From Anaeromyxobacteraceae bacterium (GTDB lineage Bacteria > Myxococcota > Myxococcia > Myxococcales > Anaeromyxobacteraceae), in the NCBI GenBank assembly GCA_047602405.1, contig JASGHJ010000002.1, forward strand, positions 1,792,001 to 1,856,000: a stretch of 64,000 nt of DNA, given 5' to 3'. Below the pieces are notes generated by a model. That model ran no database searches. It saw nothing but the letters and a program-made list of their open reading frames with translations, and had not been told where the DNA came from. Positions 1 through 13,892 of this stretch are shown piece by piece (the first letter of the stretch is position 1; each line of letters begins with the position of its first letter). The position numbers and the translations under genes were made by a program.

Positions 1-758
<758 letters not shown>

Positions 759-820
759 TGGGGCCGGGAATCTAGCACGCCGGTCCGACCGTGCCAGCGG
801 CTCCTTCGCCCCGGCCGCCC

Positions 821-1274
821 CTAGCCGCCGAGCTTCTCGGCGGCCTCCTTCTCGCGGGCCGCACCGAGCGCCTCGAGGAGCTTCTTCGCCTTGGGGAAGT
901 TCTCGAGGAGGAGCGCCACCACGGGCAGGGGGAAGACCACCGCCGTGAGCTCCGTCCGGGCCACGAGCGACCAGGCCCGCCCGCTCCCGAGGAACGCCCC
1001 GGCGCCGTGGAACCCGCCGCGCTCCAGGTGGGCCAGCTCGACGGGGCCCGCCGGCGACCCGACCCGCACCGAATCCCGCCCCGTCGACCACCAGGACGAG
1101 CTGCTGATCGTCGCCCTCGGGGGACACGACCTCGCCCGCCTCCCAGGTCGCCGCGCGGGCGACCTTGAGCAGGTCCGCCCGGGCGTCGGGATCGAGGGAG
1201 CGGAAGACGAGGCTCGCCTCGACGAAGGCCGTCGTGGCGAGGTCGCCCCAGACTTCCCGGGCCGGGCTGGCCAT
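821..1274 (-). CDS. Cyclic-nucleotide-binding domain protein (frameshift at ~1073)
   Basis: N-part [14 protein letters not shown]...LVLVVDG joins C-part SVRV...[12 protein letters not shown]...SLVARTEL when one base is removed at GAATC 1071-1075. Confidence 0.6.
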
Positions 1275-1307
1275 GCCCCGGAGGCTAGCATAGGGTCGAG
1301 GGCTTCT

Positions 1308-2024
1308 ATGAACCTTGGCATCGTGCTCGCGGTCGGAATGGTGGTCGTGCAGGAGCAGGAACCGGTGCAGGTGCCGAAGCAGGAGCCGGTTCAGGTGCCG
1401 GTTCAGGAGCAGGTGCAGAAGCAGCCCGGGCAGGATCGGGAGCCGGAGCAGGGTTCCAGGCCGGTCCCGGAACCGAAGCCCGCGCCGCCCGCTACCACCG
1501 CCCCTGCCGCTCCTCCTGTCCGTCGCCCTGCCGCTCCCGCTGCAGCTTCTGCTCCCCCTGCCGCTTCCGCTGCACCACCTGCCCCTGCTCGCGTTCCTGT
1601 TCCTGCACCGGCTCCCGTTCCTGCACCGGCTCCTGCTCCTGCCCGACCCGACCGCGAGCTCGCCGCCCGCGCCGCCCTCGCGTTCCTGGACGCCCTCGTG
1701 GCCGCCGATCCGGTCGCCCTGACCGCCGCGAGCGCGTCCCCCTTCAGCTTCGATGGCGACGTGCGCATCGGCCCCGACGCGGTCCGCCGGGCCTGGCGCG
1801 AGGCCCTCGCGGCGCGCCGGCCCTCGGCCCCCGATCGCCTCGACGACCTCGAGCTCCTCACCGTCGCCGAGGCCACCCAGCGACTGGGCGCCGCGCCCGC
1901 ACGGATCGCGCCCCTGGCCCAGCGCAGCGCCTGGATCGCGATCGCGAACGTGTCGGGGCGCCCGGTCGTCCTCTTCCTCGCCCGGGAGGGCGGGAAGGTG
2001 GTGGTGAGCGGGATGCACGACTGA
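1308..2024 (+). CDS. Exported protein with Q/E/P/V- and P/A-rich linker and a small globular C-terminal domain
   Basis: Hydrophobic N-terminus [14 protein letters not shown], low-complexity repeats, GC3-rich C-terminal half. Confidence 0.65.
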   Translation: MNLGIVLAVGMVVVQEQEPVQVPKQEPVQVPVQEQVQKQPGQDREPEQGSRPVPEPKPAPPATTAPAAPPVRRPAAPAAASAPPAASAAPPAPARVPVPAPAPVPAPAPAPARPDRELAARAALAFLDALVAADPVALTAASASPFSFDGDVRIGPDAVRRAWREALAARRPSAPDRLDDLELLTVAEATQRLGAAPARIAPLAQRSAWIAIANVSGRPVVLFLAREGGKVVVSGMHD

Positions 2025-2045
2025 CCTGCGGCCCTGCGGCCGCGG

Positions 2046-3249
2046 TCAGCCCAGCGACCTCGCCATCTCGAGGATGCGGTCGCAGCCCTTGTCGATCTGC
2101 TCCATCGACGTCGCGAACGAGAGCCGCAGGTGCCCCGGCGCGCCGAACGCGCTCCCCGGGACCACCGCGACCTGGTGCCTGTCGAGGAGGAGGTCGGCGA
2201 GCGCCGAGTCGGTGCCGAGCGGCGCGGCCGCCCCGGGCGCCTTCTTGGCGAGGAGCGCGGTCACGTTCGGGAACGCGTAGAACGCGCCCGCCGGGTCGAA
2301 GCACTTCATCCCCGGCACCGCGTTCAGGCGCTCCACGATGTGCTTGCGGCGCCCGTCGAAGGTGACCCGCATCTTCTCGACCTCGGCCTCGACCCCGGGC
2401 AGCGTGAGCGCCGCGAGGGCCGCCTTCTGCGCGATGGAGGTCGCGTTCGAGGTCGAGTTGTCCTGGAGCTTCTGCATCGCGGCGATGAGCGGCTGCGGCG
2501 CGGCCGTCCAGCCGATGCGCCAGCCGGTCATCGAGAAGGTCTTCGAGGCGCCGTTCACGAGCGCGACCTGGCCGCGCAGCGACGGCTCGAGGTCGAGCAC
2601 GTTCTCGAACTTCCCGCGGTAGACGAGCTTGTCGTAGATGTCGTCGGAGACGAGGAGGACGTCCTTCCCCTTCGCGAGGCGGATGACGGTCTCGAGCGTG
2701 CGCCGCGAGAGCATGGCGCCGGTGGGGTTCGACGGGCTGTTGAGGATGACCGCCCGCGTGCGCGGCGAGAAGGCTGCCTCGATCTGCGCGTCGGACGGGT
2801 CGAAGCCCTGCTCGACGGTGGTCTCGACGACGACCGGCGTGCCGCCGGACACCCGGACCATGTCGGCGTAGCTCACCCAGTACGGCGCGAAGATGACGAC
2901 CTCGTCGCCGTCGTTCAGGAGCGCCTGGAACAGGTTGAAGAAGCGCGTGCTTGCCGCCACAGGAGACGAGCACCTCGTTCGGCGCGTACTTCAGCCGGTG
3001 GTCGCGCTCGATGGAGGCGGCGATCGCCTCGCGCAGCTCGGGGATGCCGTTCGTCGGCGTGTACTTCGTGAAGCCCTGGTCGAGCGCCTGCTTCGCCGCG
3101 TCCTTCACGATCGCGGGCGTGTCGAAGTCCGGCTCGCCGGCGCCGAACCCGACGACGTCGATGCCCTTCGACTTCATCTCCCGCGCCTTGGCGGTGATCG
3201 CGAGGGTCGGCGAGGGCTTCACGGCATCCAGGCGCTTGGCGAGCTTCAT
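2046..3249 (-). CDS. PLP-dependent class I/II (aspartate-type) aminotransferase (frameshift at ~2940)
   Basis: GAGEPDFDTP, TKYT, NSPSNPTG, DDIY, SKTFSMTGWRIG; two ORFs join at 2937-2944. Confidence 0.93.
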
Positions 3250-3329
3250 GGTCCTCTCACGGGGGAACAGGTGGACCCGCGAGTGTACCAGAGCGTGACG
3301 CGCCGCGGCCGGAGCGATTGGCGGGTCGG

Positions 3330-3824
3330 CTACGGCGCGCGTGCGCCGGCCATCTTCTTGCGGAGGCCCTCTGCGACGTTCGGGGGAACGAGACCGGACA
3401 CGTCGCCCCCGAACTTCGCGATCTCGCGGACGAGCCGCGCCGACACGTAGAAGTAGTCCTCGCCGGTCATGACGAAGACGGCCTCGAAGTCGGGCAGGAG
3501 CTTGCGGTTCATGTTCGCGAGCTGGAACTCGTACTCGAAGTCGCTCATCGCGCGGAGGCCGCGGATGACCGTGTGCACGCCGGTCCGGCGGCAGTAGTCG
3601 ACGAGCAGCCCCTCGAACGCGTCCACCTCGACCCGAGGATCGTCCCCGAGCGCCTCGCGGATGAGCCGCTTGCGCTCCTCCACCGAGAAGAGGGGCGACT
3701 TCGCCGGGTTGTTCGCGACGGCGACGACGAGCCGGTCGAACACCTTGAGGCCGCGCTGGATGATCGCGAGGTGCCCGTTCGTGAGGGGGTCGAACGAGCC
3801 GGGGTAGATGGCGGTGCGGGCCAT
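3330..3824 (-). CDS. coaD: Pantetheine-phosphate adenylyltransferase
   Basis: [33 protein letters not shown]. Confidence 0.97.
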   Translation of the reverse strand: MARTAIYPGSFDPLTNGHLAIIQRGLKVFDRLVVAVANNPAKSPLFSVEERKRLIREALGDDPRVEVDAFEGLLVDYCRRTGVHTVIRGLRAMSDFEYEFQLANMNRKLLPDFEAVFVMTGEDYFYVSARLVREIAKFGGDVSGLVPPNVAEGLRKKMAGARAP

Positions 3825-3841
3825 GTGGCGCGGAGTATCCA

Positions 3842-4381
3842 TCACTCCTTCGCGTAGATCGAGATGCCCGTGCCGCCGAACTTCCGGCGGTCGACGAGCC
3901 GCAGCGGTCCGGCCTCGTCGGGGGGCGGGTGCTTCGCGTCGTGCTCGGCGATCACCCGGCCCCCGGGGGCCGCGCAGCGGCCCGCCCCCGGGAGCGCCGC
4001 CCCGGGTCCGTCCGCGTAGGGCGGATCCACGAACACCAGCGCGAACGCACCCTCCGGGAGGAGCGGCAGCACCTCCTCGACCCGCCCGCGCCGGACCTCG
4101 ACCCGATCCGAGAGGCCCAGCGCCGACGCGTTGCGCCGCACGGTCTCGGTGGCGTCCCGGTCCGCGTCGACGCAGACGGCCCGCGCGCAGCCGCGCGAGA
4201 GCGCCTCGAGGGCCAGCGCGCCGGACCCGGCGTAGAGATCGAGGACCGCGCCGCCCTCGAAGAACTGGCCGAGCACGTTGAAGACGGCCTGGCGGACCTT
4301 GTCGGAGGTCGGCCGCGTGGCGTCGCCGCGGGGCATCTCCAGGCGCCGCCCGCGGAGGGCGCCGGCCACGATCCGGCTCAT
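3842..4381 (-). CDS. rsmD: 16S rRNA m2G966 methyltransferase
   Basis: MSRIVAG...[38 protein letters not shown]; adjacent to coaD. Confidence 0.95.
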   Translation of the reverse strand: MSRIVAGALRGRRLEMPRGDATRPTSDKVRQAVFNVLGQFFEGGAVLDLYAGSGALALEALSRGCARAVCVDADRDATETVRRNASALGLSDRVEVRRGRVEEVLPLLPEGAFALVFVDPPYADGPGAALPGAGRCAAPGGRVIAEHDAKHPPPDEAGPLRLVDRRKFGGTGISIYAKE

Positions 4382-5376
4382 CGCCGCGCCGACCCCAGCC
4401 GGCGCTCCAGGCTCCGGGCGATCCGCGACGCCGCGCCCGCGACCCCCAGGCGCGAGAGCAGCGCGTGGGTCTCGAGGTACGCGCGCGCCTCCAGGCGGTC
4501 GCGCGTGTCGCCGTCGAGCCGGGCGGCGGCGAGCTCGAGCCGCGTCTCCCCGCGGGGTCCGGACGCGGGGTCCCCGGGGCCTTCCGGCAGGGCGGCCTCG
4601 GCCCGCGCCTCGGCGGCGCCCCCGTCCTCGACGATGCGCACCGGGGTGGCGAGCTGGGCCTCGAGGAACGGGCCGCCGAGCGGACCGCGCCGGGCGAGGG
4701 CCGTGCCGCGGAGCGCGTCGCCGAGCCGGGCGAGCGTGGCCGCCTGGGCCGTGGCCCCCTCCCCGTCCGCGGCGGCGGGGCAGCGGACGCTGAGGATGGC
4801 GGGCGCGGCGTGGGCCCGGCGGAGCTCGTCGACGAGGGCCGGCCCGCGCGCCGCGCGGGGCCCCAGCGCCTCGAGCTCCACGATCACGTCGAGCGCGATC
4901 CCGCGCTCCAGCGCCGGGTTCGCGAGCGCGGCGAGCGTCGCGGCGCGCTCCGCCGGCGGGACCGCGGCCACGTCGACGGCGAGCTGCGTCACCCCCGCGT
5001 CGACGAGCGCCCACGCCTCGGCGAGCGCGGCCTCGAGCGCGGCGGCGTCGCCGCCCGCCGGGGCGACCTCGCCGGCGAGGAAGATTGGCAGGCCCGCCGC
5101 GATCTCGTCGGCGGCCTCCGCCACCGCGTCGAACCAGCGCGCAGGCGCCGGGGCGCCCGCCCGCAGGGCGAGCCCGAGCGGCGCGCCGAGCTCCTTCGCC
5201 GCGACGAGCGCGCCGCGGGCGACCGCGGGCACCGAGGCGCGCACGAGCGGGAGCGGGACGCCGAGCCCGCCCGCGGGGCCGAGCAGCTCGACGGTGGCGA
5301 GCGGGCAAGCCTCGCTGCGGCGCCCCAGGCGCTCGGCCACGCGGGCCGGTCGGAACGCGAGGATGGGCGTGAGCAC
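4378..5376 (-). CDS. Degenerate class II fructose-bisphosphate aldolase-like protein
   Basis: Pattern [17 protein letters not shown]...PIFLAGE...[12 protein letters not shown]...GIALDVIVE resembles FBA-II but the HxDH motif is absent; overlaps the rsmD start. Confidence 0.55.
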   Translation of the reverse strand: MLTPILAFRPARVAERLGRRSEACPLATVELLGPAGGLGVPLPLVRASVPAVARGALVAAKELGAPLGLALRAGAPAPARWFDAVAEAADEIAAGLPIFLAGEVAPAGGDAAALEAALAEAWALVDAGVTQLAVDVAAVPPAERAATLAALANPALERGIALDVIVELEALGPRAARGPALVDELRRAHAAPAILSVRCPAAADGEGATAQAATLARLGDALRGTALARRGPLGGPFLEAQLATPVRIVEDGGAAEARAEAALPEGPGDPASGPRGETRLELAAARLDGDTRDRLEARAYLETHALLSRLGVAGAASRIARSLERRLGSARR

Positions 5377-5396
5377 GCCCTCGCTATAACACAGGG

Positions 5397-7293
<1,897 letters not shown>

Positions 7294-7363
7294 CGACCCT
7301 CCACTCTACCGCTCGCGCCGGCGTGCCGGGAGAGCAGGGATCACGGTGGGTGCGGCGCGACCC

Positions 7364-8342
7364 TCAGTGAGTGTGGACGTCGTCCACGTGCGCGTACCCC
7401 GCCGACTCGATCTGCAGGGTCGTGTGATCGATGCCGAAGGTGCGGCGAAGCGCCGCCTTCACGTCGGTCAGGATGCGGTCGTTGTCGCCCACGCAGTCGT
7501 CGCGGACCACGACGTGCGCCGAGAGCGCCACCATCGAGGTCGATATCGTCCAGACGTGGAGGTCATGCACCGCCACCACGCCCTCCGCCGACTCCATCTG
7601 CCGCAGCACCGCCGCCACGTCGATGTGGGCGGGCACCGCCTCCATCAGGATGTCGGTGATCTCGACCACGATCCGGAGCGCGCCGAGCAGGATCAGGGCC
7701 GAGATGGCGAGCGAGAGCGCGGGGTCGATCCAGGCGAGATTCGGGGCGGAACGCCATCACGCCCGCGCCGGCGAGCACCCCGAACGACGAGATGGTGTCG
7801 GAGAGGACGTGCAGGAACGCCGAGCGGCTGTTGAGCCCGTGCTCGTCGTGGAGGAACCACAGGATGGCCAGGTTCGTGACGAGGCCGATGGCCGCGACCA
7901 CGGCCATGACCCCGAGTGCGATTGGCTGCGGGGGCCCGCGGAGGCGCTCCACCGCCTCCCAGGCGATCCAGCCCGACAGCACGACCAGCGCGCCCACGTT
8001 GAGCTGGGCGCCCAGGACCTCGGCCCGCCGGAAGCCGAAGGTGCGCCGGACGTCGGCGGGCCGGGCCGCGAGGTAGGCGGCGACGACGGCGAGCGCGAGC
8101 GCCCCGGCGTCGGTGAGCATGTGGGCGGCGTCGGAGAGGAGCGCGAGGGAGCCGGAGAGCCAGCCGCCCACGGTCTCCGCGACCATGATGCCGGCGGTCA
8201 GCCCGAGCGAGAGCGAGAGGCGCCTCAGGCTCCGGTCGCTCGCGGTGCGCGGCTGGCCGTGCCCGTGGGCGTGGCCGTGGCCGTCGCCGTGGGCGTGCGC
8301 GTGGCCGTTCGTGCCAGGTCCGTGCGGGTGGACGTGCGACAT
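7364..8342 (-). CDS. Cation diffusion facilitator (CzcD/ZitB-like) with His-rich N-terminus (frameshift at ~7740)
   Basis: SGSLALLSDAAHMLTD, NSRSAFLHVLSD, VHDLHVW, HTTLQIE. Confidence 0.93.
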
Positions 8343-8389
8343 TCCGCTTGCGCCTCCGGGGGGTGCAGTCTACGCCAAAGGTCTCCCCG

Positions 8390-9322
8390 ATGGCGCGCAC
8401 CGCCCACCACGCCACCGCCGCCGACGGCACGCCGATCTACTGGTCGTCGACCGGCCGCGGCTCGCCGGCGGTGGTGCTCACCGACGGCATCGGCTGCGCC
8501 GGCTGGATCTGGCGGGCGCTCCGCGGGAAGCTCGCCGAGGACCGGCGCGTCATCCACTGGAACTACCGGGCGCACGGCGCGAGCGGCGCGCCCCGCAGCC
8601 CGGCCCGCATGACGCTCGTCGACTGCGCCGAGGACCTCGCCGCGGTGCTCGCCGACGCCCGGGAGCCGCGGGCGGTCGTCGTCGCGCACTCGATGGGCGT
8701 GCAGGTCGCCCTCGAGCTGCACCGCCGCCACCCCGGGCGCGTGGCCGGGCTCGTGCTCGCCCTCGGCGCGCCGGGCCGTCTCCTCGACGCGTTCCGCGAC
8801 TCGCCCGCGGCGAAGCTCGCGTTCCCCTGGGCCCGCGACCTCATCCTCCGGCACCCGGAGCTCGCGCGGGTCGCCTTCCGCACGCTCATCCCCACCCAGT
8901 TCGCCGTCGACTACGCGCTCCAGCACGAGGTCGACCGCACCCGCGTCGACCGCGCGGACATGCAGCGGTACTTCGACGACCTCGCGCAGGTCGACCCGAC
9001 CCTCTTCGTCCGCCTGCTCCACTCGGCCTCCGACCACGACGCGACCTCGCACCTCCCGGAGGTGCGGGTGCCGACGCTCGTCATCGGCGGCGAGAAGGAC
9101 ACCTTCACGCCGCTCCGGCTCTCGCGGCAGATGGCCGCGGCGATCCCGGGCGCGCGGCTCCTCGTCATCCCCGGCGGCACGCACGTCGGCCTCCTCGAGG
9201 CGCAGGAGCTCGTGGAGCGCGAGCTCCGCGCCTTCCTCGCCGAGGCGGTGCCGGTCGAGGCCCCCGCGGCCCGCGCCCGCCCGCAGGCCAGGGACACCCG
9301 CAGGACCCGGACGCGCCGATGA
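8390..9322 (+). CDS. Alpha/beta hydrolase
   Basis: AHSMG nucleophile elbow, GEKD acid, GGTH histidine. Confidence 0.9.
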   Translation: MARTAHHATAADGTPIYWSSTGRGSPAVVLTDGIGCAGWIWRALRGKLAEDRRVIHWNYRAHGASGAPRSPARMTLVDCAEDLAAVLADAREPRAVVVAHSMGVQVALELHRRHPGRVAGLVLALGAPGRLLDAFRDSPAAKLAFPWARDLILRHPELARVAFRTLIPTQFAVDYALQHEVDRTRVDRADMQRYFDDLAQVDPTLFVRLLHSASDHDATSHLPEVRVPTLVIGGEKDTFTPLRLSRQMAAAIPGARLLVIPGGTHVGLLEAQELVERELRAFLAEAVPVEAPAARARPQARDTRRTRTRR

Positions 9323-12274
9323 CCCTCGCACCGCCCTCGTCGACGGCCCGCCGCTCGATCGCCTGCGCCGCGCTCGCGTGCGCGCTCGCCGCGGGCCCGG
9401 CGGCGGCGCAGCCCTACCCGCCGGAGTACCGGTGGCGGACCTTCGAGACCGAGCACTTCCGGATCCACTTCCCGGAGGGCTACGAGCGCATGGCGGCCGA
9501 GGTGCGCCGCGCCGCGGAGCGCGCCTACGCGCTCCAGGTCCCCGCCATCGGCCACGCCCCGGGGGGGCGCACCGAGATCGTCATCTCCGACGAGGTCGAC
9601 GACGCGAACGGCTCCGCGACGCCGCTCCCCTACAACACCATCCGGCTCTACGCCGTGCCGCCCGCGGCCACCTCCGAGCTCGCCGACGAGCGCGCCTGGA
9701 TCGACGCGATCGTGCTGCACGAGTTCGTCCACATCCTCCACCTCGACACGGCGGGCGGCATCCCGGGGTTCGTCGACCTCGTCTTCGGGCGGCTCTGGTA
9801 CCCGAACGTCTTCGTGCCGGGCTGGATGATCGAGGGGCTCGCCGTCACCCACGAGTCCGGCGGCGAGCCCGGCAGCGGGCGCAACGACTCCGCGCTCCAC
9901 GACATGTACGTCCGCGCGATGGCGGCCGACGGCGGCCTGCCCCGCCTCGACCAGAATCTCGAACCCCTCGCTCGAGTGGCCGCTCGGGCAGATCCCGTAC
10001 GTGCTCGGCGGGCGCTTCATGGCCTGGATCGAGCGCGGGTACGGGCGCACCGCGCTCGTCGGGTACCTGAAGGACCAGGGCTCCTCCATCTGGCCGTACG
10101 CACCGTCCTGGAACGGCGAGGACTGGTTCGGCGGGAAGTCGTTCCGCGAGCTCTGGGACGCGTTCCGCGAGGTCGAGCGCAAGGCCGCCGAGCAGCACCT
10201 CGCCGAGGTCCGCGCCCGGCCCGCCGTCCCGTTCACGAAGCTCACCGCGCTCGGCGGCGGCGCCGAGAACCCGCGCTTCACGCCCGACGGCCAGGCCATC
10301 GTCTTCTTCCACCGGAGCCTCCACGAGCGCTCCGGCCTCTGGCGCGTCCCGGCCTCCGGCGGCGAGGCCGCCCGCGCCGTGAAGGTCGACCAGAACGGCA
10401 CCTTCGCGGTGGCCGGCCCCGGGCGCCTGCTCGTGGCCGCGACCGAGATCCACCGGGAGTTCCGCGCGTGGGACGACCTCTGGCTCGCCGACCTCGCGAC
10501 CGGCGCGCGGCGGCGGCTCACGACCGGCGAGCGCACCACCGAGCCGGACCTGCTGCCGGATGGCACGGTCGTCCACGTCCGGAACGTCGGCGACGGCGGG
10601 AAGGCGCTCGTGCGCCGGCGCCTCGACGGCGACCGGCTCGGCCCGGCCGAGGTGCTCTTCGAGGAGGCGGGCACCGAGGTCTTCAACCCGCGCCTCTCGC
10701 CCGACGGGAAGCGCGTGGCGTTCTCGCTGCAGCGGTCCGGGCGGCTCGACCTCGCGCTCTGGGAGGACGGCAAGGTCCGCCTCCTCACCGACGACGACGC
10801 GCTCGATCTCACCCCGGCGTGGTCGCCCGACGGCGCGACGCTCTACTTCGCCTCCGACCGCCTCGGCGCCTTCGACGTGTACGCGCTGGACCCCGCGACG
10901 GGCGCCGCGCGCCGGGTCACGAACGCGGAGACCGGCGCGCTCTGGCCCGACGTGTCGCCCGACGGGAAGACGCTCGCGTTCCTCACCTACTCGCGCGCGG
11001 GCTACGACGTCGCGACGCTCGCGCTCGATCCGGCCGCGTTCGCGGAGAGCCCCGCCCCGCCCGCCGAGCCACGGCCGGTCCTCCCCGCCCCGCTGGCCCG
11101 CCTCCAGCCCTCCGAGAGCCGCCCCTACTCGGCCCTCGGCACGCTCGGGCCGACCTTCTGGTTCCCGGTGCTCTCGGCCGACGCGACCGGCAACACCTAC
11201 GGCCTCGTGACGGGCGGCGCGGACGTCCTCGTCCGGCACGTCTGGCTCGCGCAGGGCTGGTGGAGCGAGCACGGGCACACCCCCGGCTACTCGCTCACCT
11301 ACCAGGGCCGCTGGTCGTGGCCCTGGCTCGACCTCTCGACGGGCCGGTCGGTCGTGTCGTCGCCCGATCCCGTGGGCCGGGACATGGACGCGTGGACCGT
11401 GGCCGACGCCGGCGCGACCTTCACGTGGTCGAGCATGGAGCGCTCGCTCGCGCTGCGGCTCGGCTGGGCCGGGACGAGCTACGACACGCACGGCACGCCG
11501 CCGGCCGAGCTCGCCCGCCCGGACCTTCGCTTCGGGGACGGCTTCCTCTCGTCCGCGACGGCGACCCTCCAGTACTCCGACGCCCGGCGCTTCGTGCACT
11601 CCGTCTCGCCCGAGGAGGGCCGCACCGCGGTGCTCTCGCTGCGCGTCGCCGAGCCCGGCCTCGGCAGCGACTACACGCTGAACCGGCTGCGGCTCTCGGT
11701 CTCGCAGTACCTGCGCGTGCCGTTCACGCGCCACGCGGTCCTGATGCTCCGGGCCTCCGGCGGCGTCGCGCACGGGCACGCGGGCGACAGCGCGCCGTTC
11801 TCCATCGGCGGGCCGAGCACCGACCTCAACGTGCTCGACTACCTCCTCGGCGCCGTGCCGGACGGCGGCGCGCACGCGCTGCGCGGCTACGCCTCCGGCG
11901 CGCTCGACGGCACGGCGTACTACCTCGGCACCGCCGAGCTGCGCTTCCCCATCGCCGAGACCGCGCTCGGCTTCTCGACCTGGCCGGTGTACCTGCGCCG
12001 GGTCCACGGGGCCGCGTTCGCCGACGCCGGCGACGCCTTCGATCGCCCCGGCGAGCTCCGCTTCGCGGGCGAGACCGGGAACTGGCGGAACACCCGCGTC
12101 GGCGTGGGCGGCGAGCTCCGGCTCGAGGTGGTCTTCGGCTACAACGTGCGCGCCGACGTCCGGATCGGCGTCGCCCGCCCGCTCGGTCCCATCGACGGCG
12201 GCCGCGCGCGGGACCTCCGGGAGCTCGGCGAGGCCCCCGGGGCGCGGTTCTACGTGACGCTCGTCTTGCTGTAG
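9319..12274 (+). CDS. Exported protein: HEXXH gluzincin-like domain + TolB/PD40 beta-propeller + Omp85/BamA-like C-terminal barrel (frameshift at ~9956)
   Basis: Signal peptide; LHEFVHILH...WMIEGLA; repeated P.(F/W)SPDG; LRGY motif and amphipathic strands at the C-terminus. Confidence 0.8.
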
Positions 12275-12338
12275 GTCAGGGCTGCGGTCGGTCCGGCGGG
12301 CCCGGGGCCGGCCCCGCCCCGCGGGACCCCGGAGATCG

Positions 12339-12368
12339 TTGACGTTCCGGCGCGGGGGAGGCTATAAG
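12339..12368 (+). promoter_or_regulatory. Sigma70-type promoter for tRNA-Thr
   Basis: TTGACG-N18-TATAAG, ending 35 bp upstream of the tRNA. Confidence 0.6.
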
Positions 12369-12403
12369 GGCGCCCCGCTGCGGGGATCCCGCAGCCGAGC
12401 TTC

Positions 12404-12479
<76 letters not shown>

Positions 12480-12517
12480 AAACTTCAACAGGTTGGCAGG
12501 CACTGCAGGGCCCCCGT

Positions 12518-12546
12518 AGAGGGTGCCTTGCGGTGCCCTCTTGTCT
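12518..12546 (+). terminator. Hairpin downstream of tRNA-Thr
   Basis: AGAGGGTGCC-ttgc-GGTGCCCTCT (with G-U pairs) followed by a weak T-rich tail. Confidence 0.4.
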
Positions 12547-12798
12547 GTCCTCGTCACACCTACGTCACGGTCTGACACTCGATGGCGTCCGTGCGAGGCG
12601 CCGGGTCGCCGCCCGCGTGCAACTGCTCCCAGGCCTCCACCGACTCGCGCGCGTCGATGGGTGTCGGCACCGGGTCGATGCGCATCGACTCGCCGGCAGG
12701 TGGTCGAATCCACCCGGAGTTGATCGACGGGATACCTACGGCAGCCACGAGGACGGCTGTCCCTGCCGGCGGTAGGCTGCCGAGCAAGGGGGAAACGC

Positions 12799-13383
12799 AT
12801 GACTCGATGGCTTGCGGTCGCGCTGAGCTTGCTGATCGCAGGACCTGCCTTCGCCGGGCCCTTCGGATTCCAGCCTGGGCTGACGCGGGCGCAGGTTGAA
12901 GCAAAGGTCGGGAAGATCGAGGAGACGGACAACCCCAGGGTCTACCGGACCAAGAAGGCACCGACCCCGCTCAGAGGAATGGAAGGGTACGCTCTCCTCA
13001 TCAGCAAGCAGTACGGCCTCTGTAAGGTGATGGGCATCGGGCGAGACGTCGAAACCAGCGTCTACGGAACGGAGCTCGAATCCGCCTACGGCGAACTCAA
13101 GCAGGCCCTGATCAAGAAGTACGGCGCGCCATCAACCTCGGCCGAGTACCTGAAGAGCGGCTCGATCTGGCGGGAACCCAAGGATTTCATGATGGGGCTG
13201 AAGCTCCAGGAGCGACAGCTCTGGACCGCCTGGACGGTCTTGACTGATCCCGAGGTGGACGCCATCTCGCTGGAAGCGAAGGCGATCGACGCGAACACGG
13301 GCTACCTGAACCTGTCCTACGAGTTCACCAACTTCACGGAATGTGTCGCCGAGAAGGAGAAGGTGGACAGCGACGCGCTGTGA
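12799..13383 (+). CDS. Secreted hypothetical protein (194 aa), atypical codon usage
   Basis: GGGGAA RBS, signal peptide ending AFA, normal globular composition. Confidence 0.8.
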   Translation: MTRWLAVALSLLIAGPAFAGPFGFQPGLTRAQVEAKVGKIEETDNPRVYRTKKAPTPLRGMEGYALLISKQYGLCKVMGIGRDVETSVYGTELESAYGELKQALIKKYGAPSTSAEYLKSGSIWREPKDFMMGLKLQERQLWTAWTVLTDPEVDAISLEAKAIDANTGYLNLSYEFTNFTECVAEKEKVDSDAL

Positions 13384-13486
13384 TCTTGGAGCGCTTCGAC
13401 GTGTAGGCCCGTGACCTGGCCCGGCCGTTCCACCGGCTTCTCCGTCTCGAAGCCATACGCCCTCGCCAGCTGCGCCGCCCCGCGCT

Positions 13487-13795
13487 TCAGGCCCGCACGC
13501 TCGGCACCGGCGTGTCCTGCTCGGCGATGAGCTCGCTCGCGAGCCGGATGCACTCGTCGCAGATGTGCACCTCGGGGCCGGAGACCATCCGCCCCACCTC
13601 GGTTCCCGACTTCGCGCAGAACGAGCAGGTCAGCGAGGCGCGATCGGGCGGCGGCCGCGGAGGCTCGGCGGTCTTCGCCTTCACCATCACCTGCTCGGCG
13701 AGCCCCAGCACGTCCTCGGACGTCAGCAGGCCCCTCGCCACGTAAGCGCTCACGAGCTCGACGAACATCCCGAGCTCCCGACCGGTCTCGGCCAT
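13487..13795 (-). CDS. Small protein with a ClpX-type C4 zinc finger
   Basis: CSFCAKSGTEVGRMVSGPEVHICDECIRLASELI; GAGGGGG RBS. Confidence 0.8.
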   Translation of the reverse strand: MAETGRELGMFVELVSAYVARGLLTSEDVLGLAEQVMVKAKTAEPPRPPPDRASLTCSFCAKSGTEVGRMVSGPEVHICDECIRLASELIAEQDTPVPSVRA

Positions 13796-13857
13796 GGGGT
13801 TCCCCCTCGCAAGGTGCTGACAATCCGGCGACAAGCTACCTCGACCGCGGGACAGGG

Positions 13858-13892
13858 CCTGTGATGGAAATCACAGGGAAACCCACCTGTGA
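13858..13892. promoter_or_regulatory. Operator-like array containing a perfect TGTGA-N6-TCACA palindrome
   Basis: CCTGTGA (13858), TCACAGG (13871), CCTGTGA (13886). Confidence 0.45.

Noticed and set aside
1340..1645. CRISPR array
   Set aside because: Short degenerate coding repeats without a constant repeat-spacer period; no cas genes in the window.
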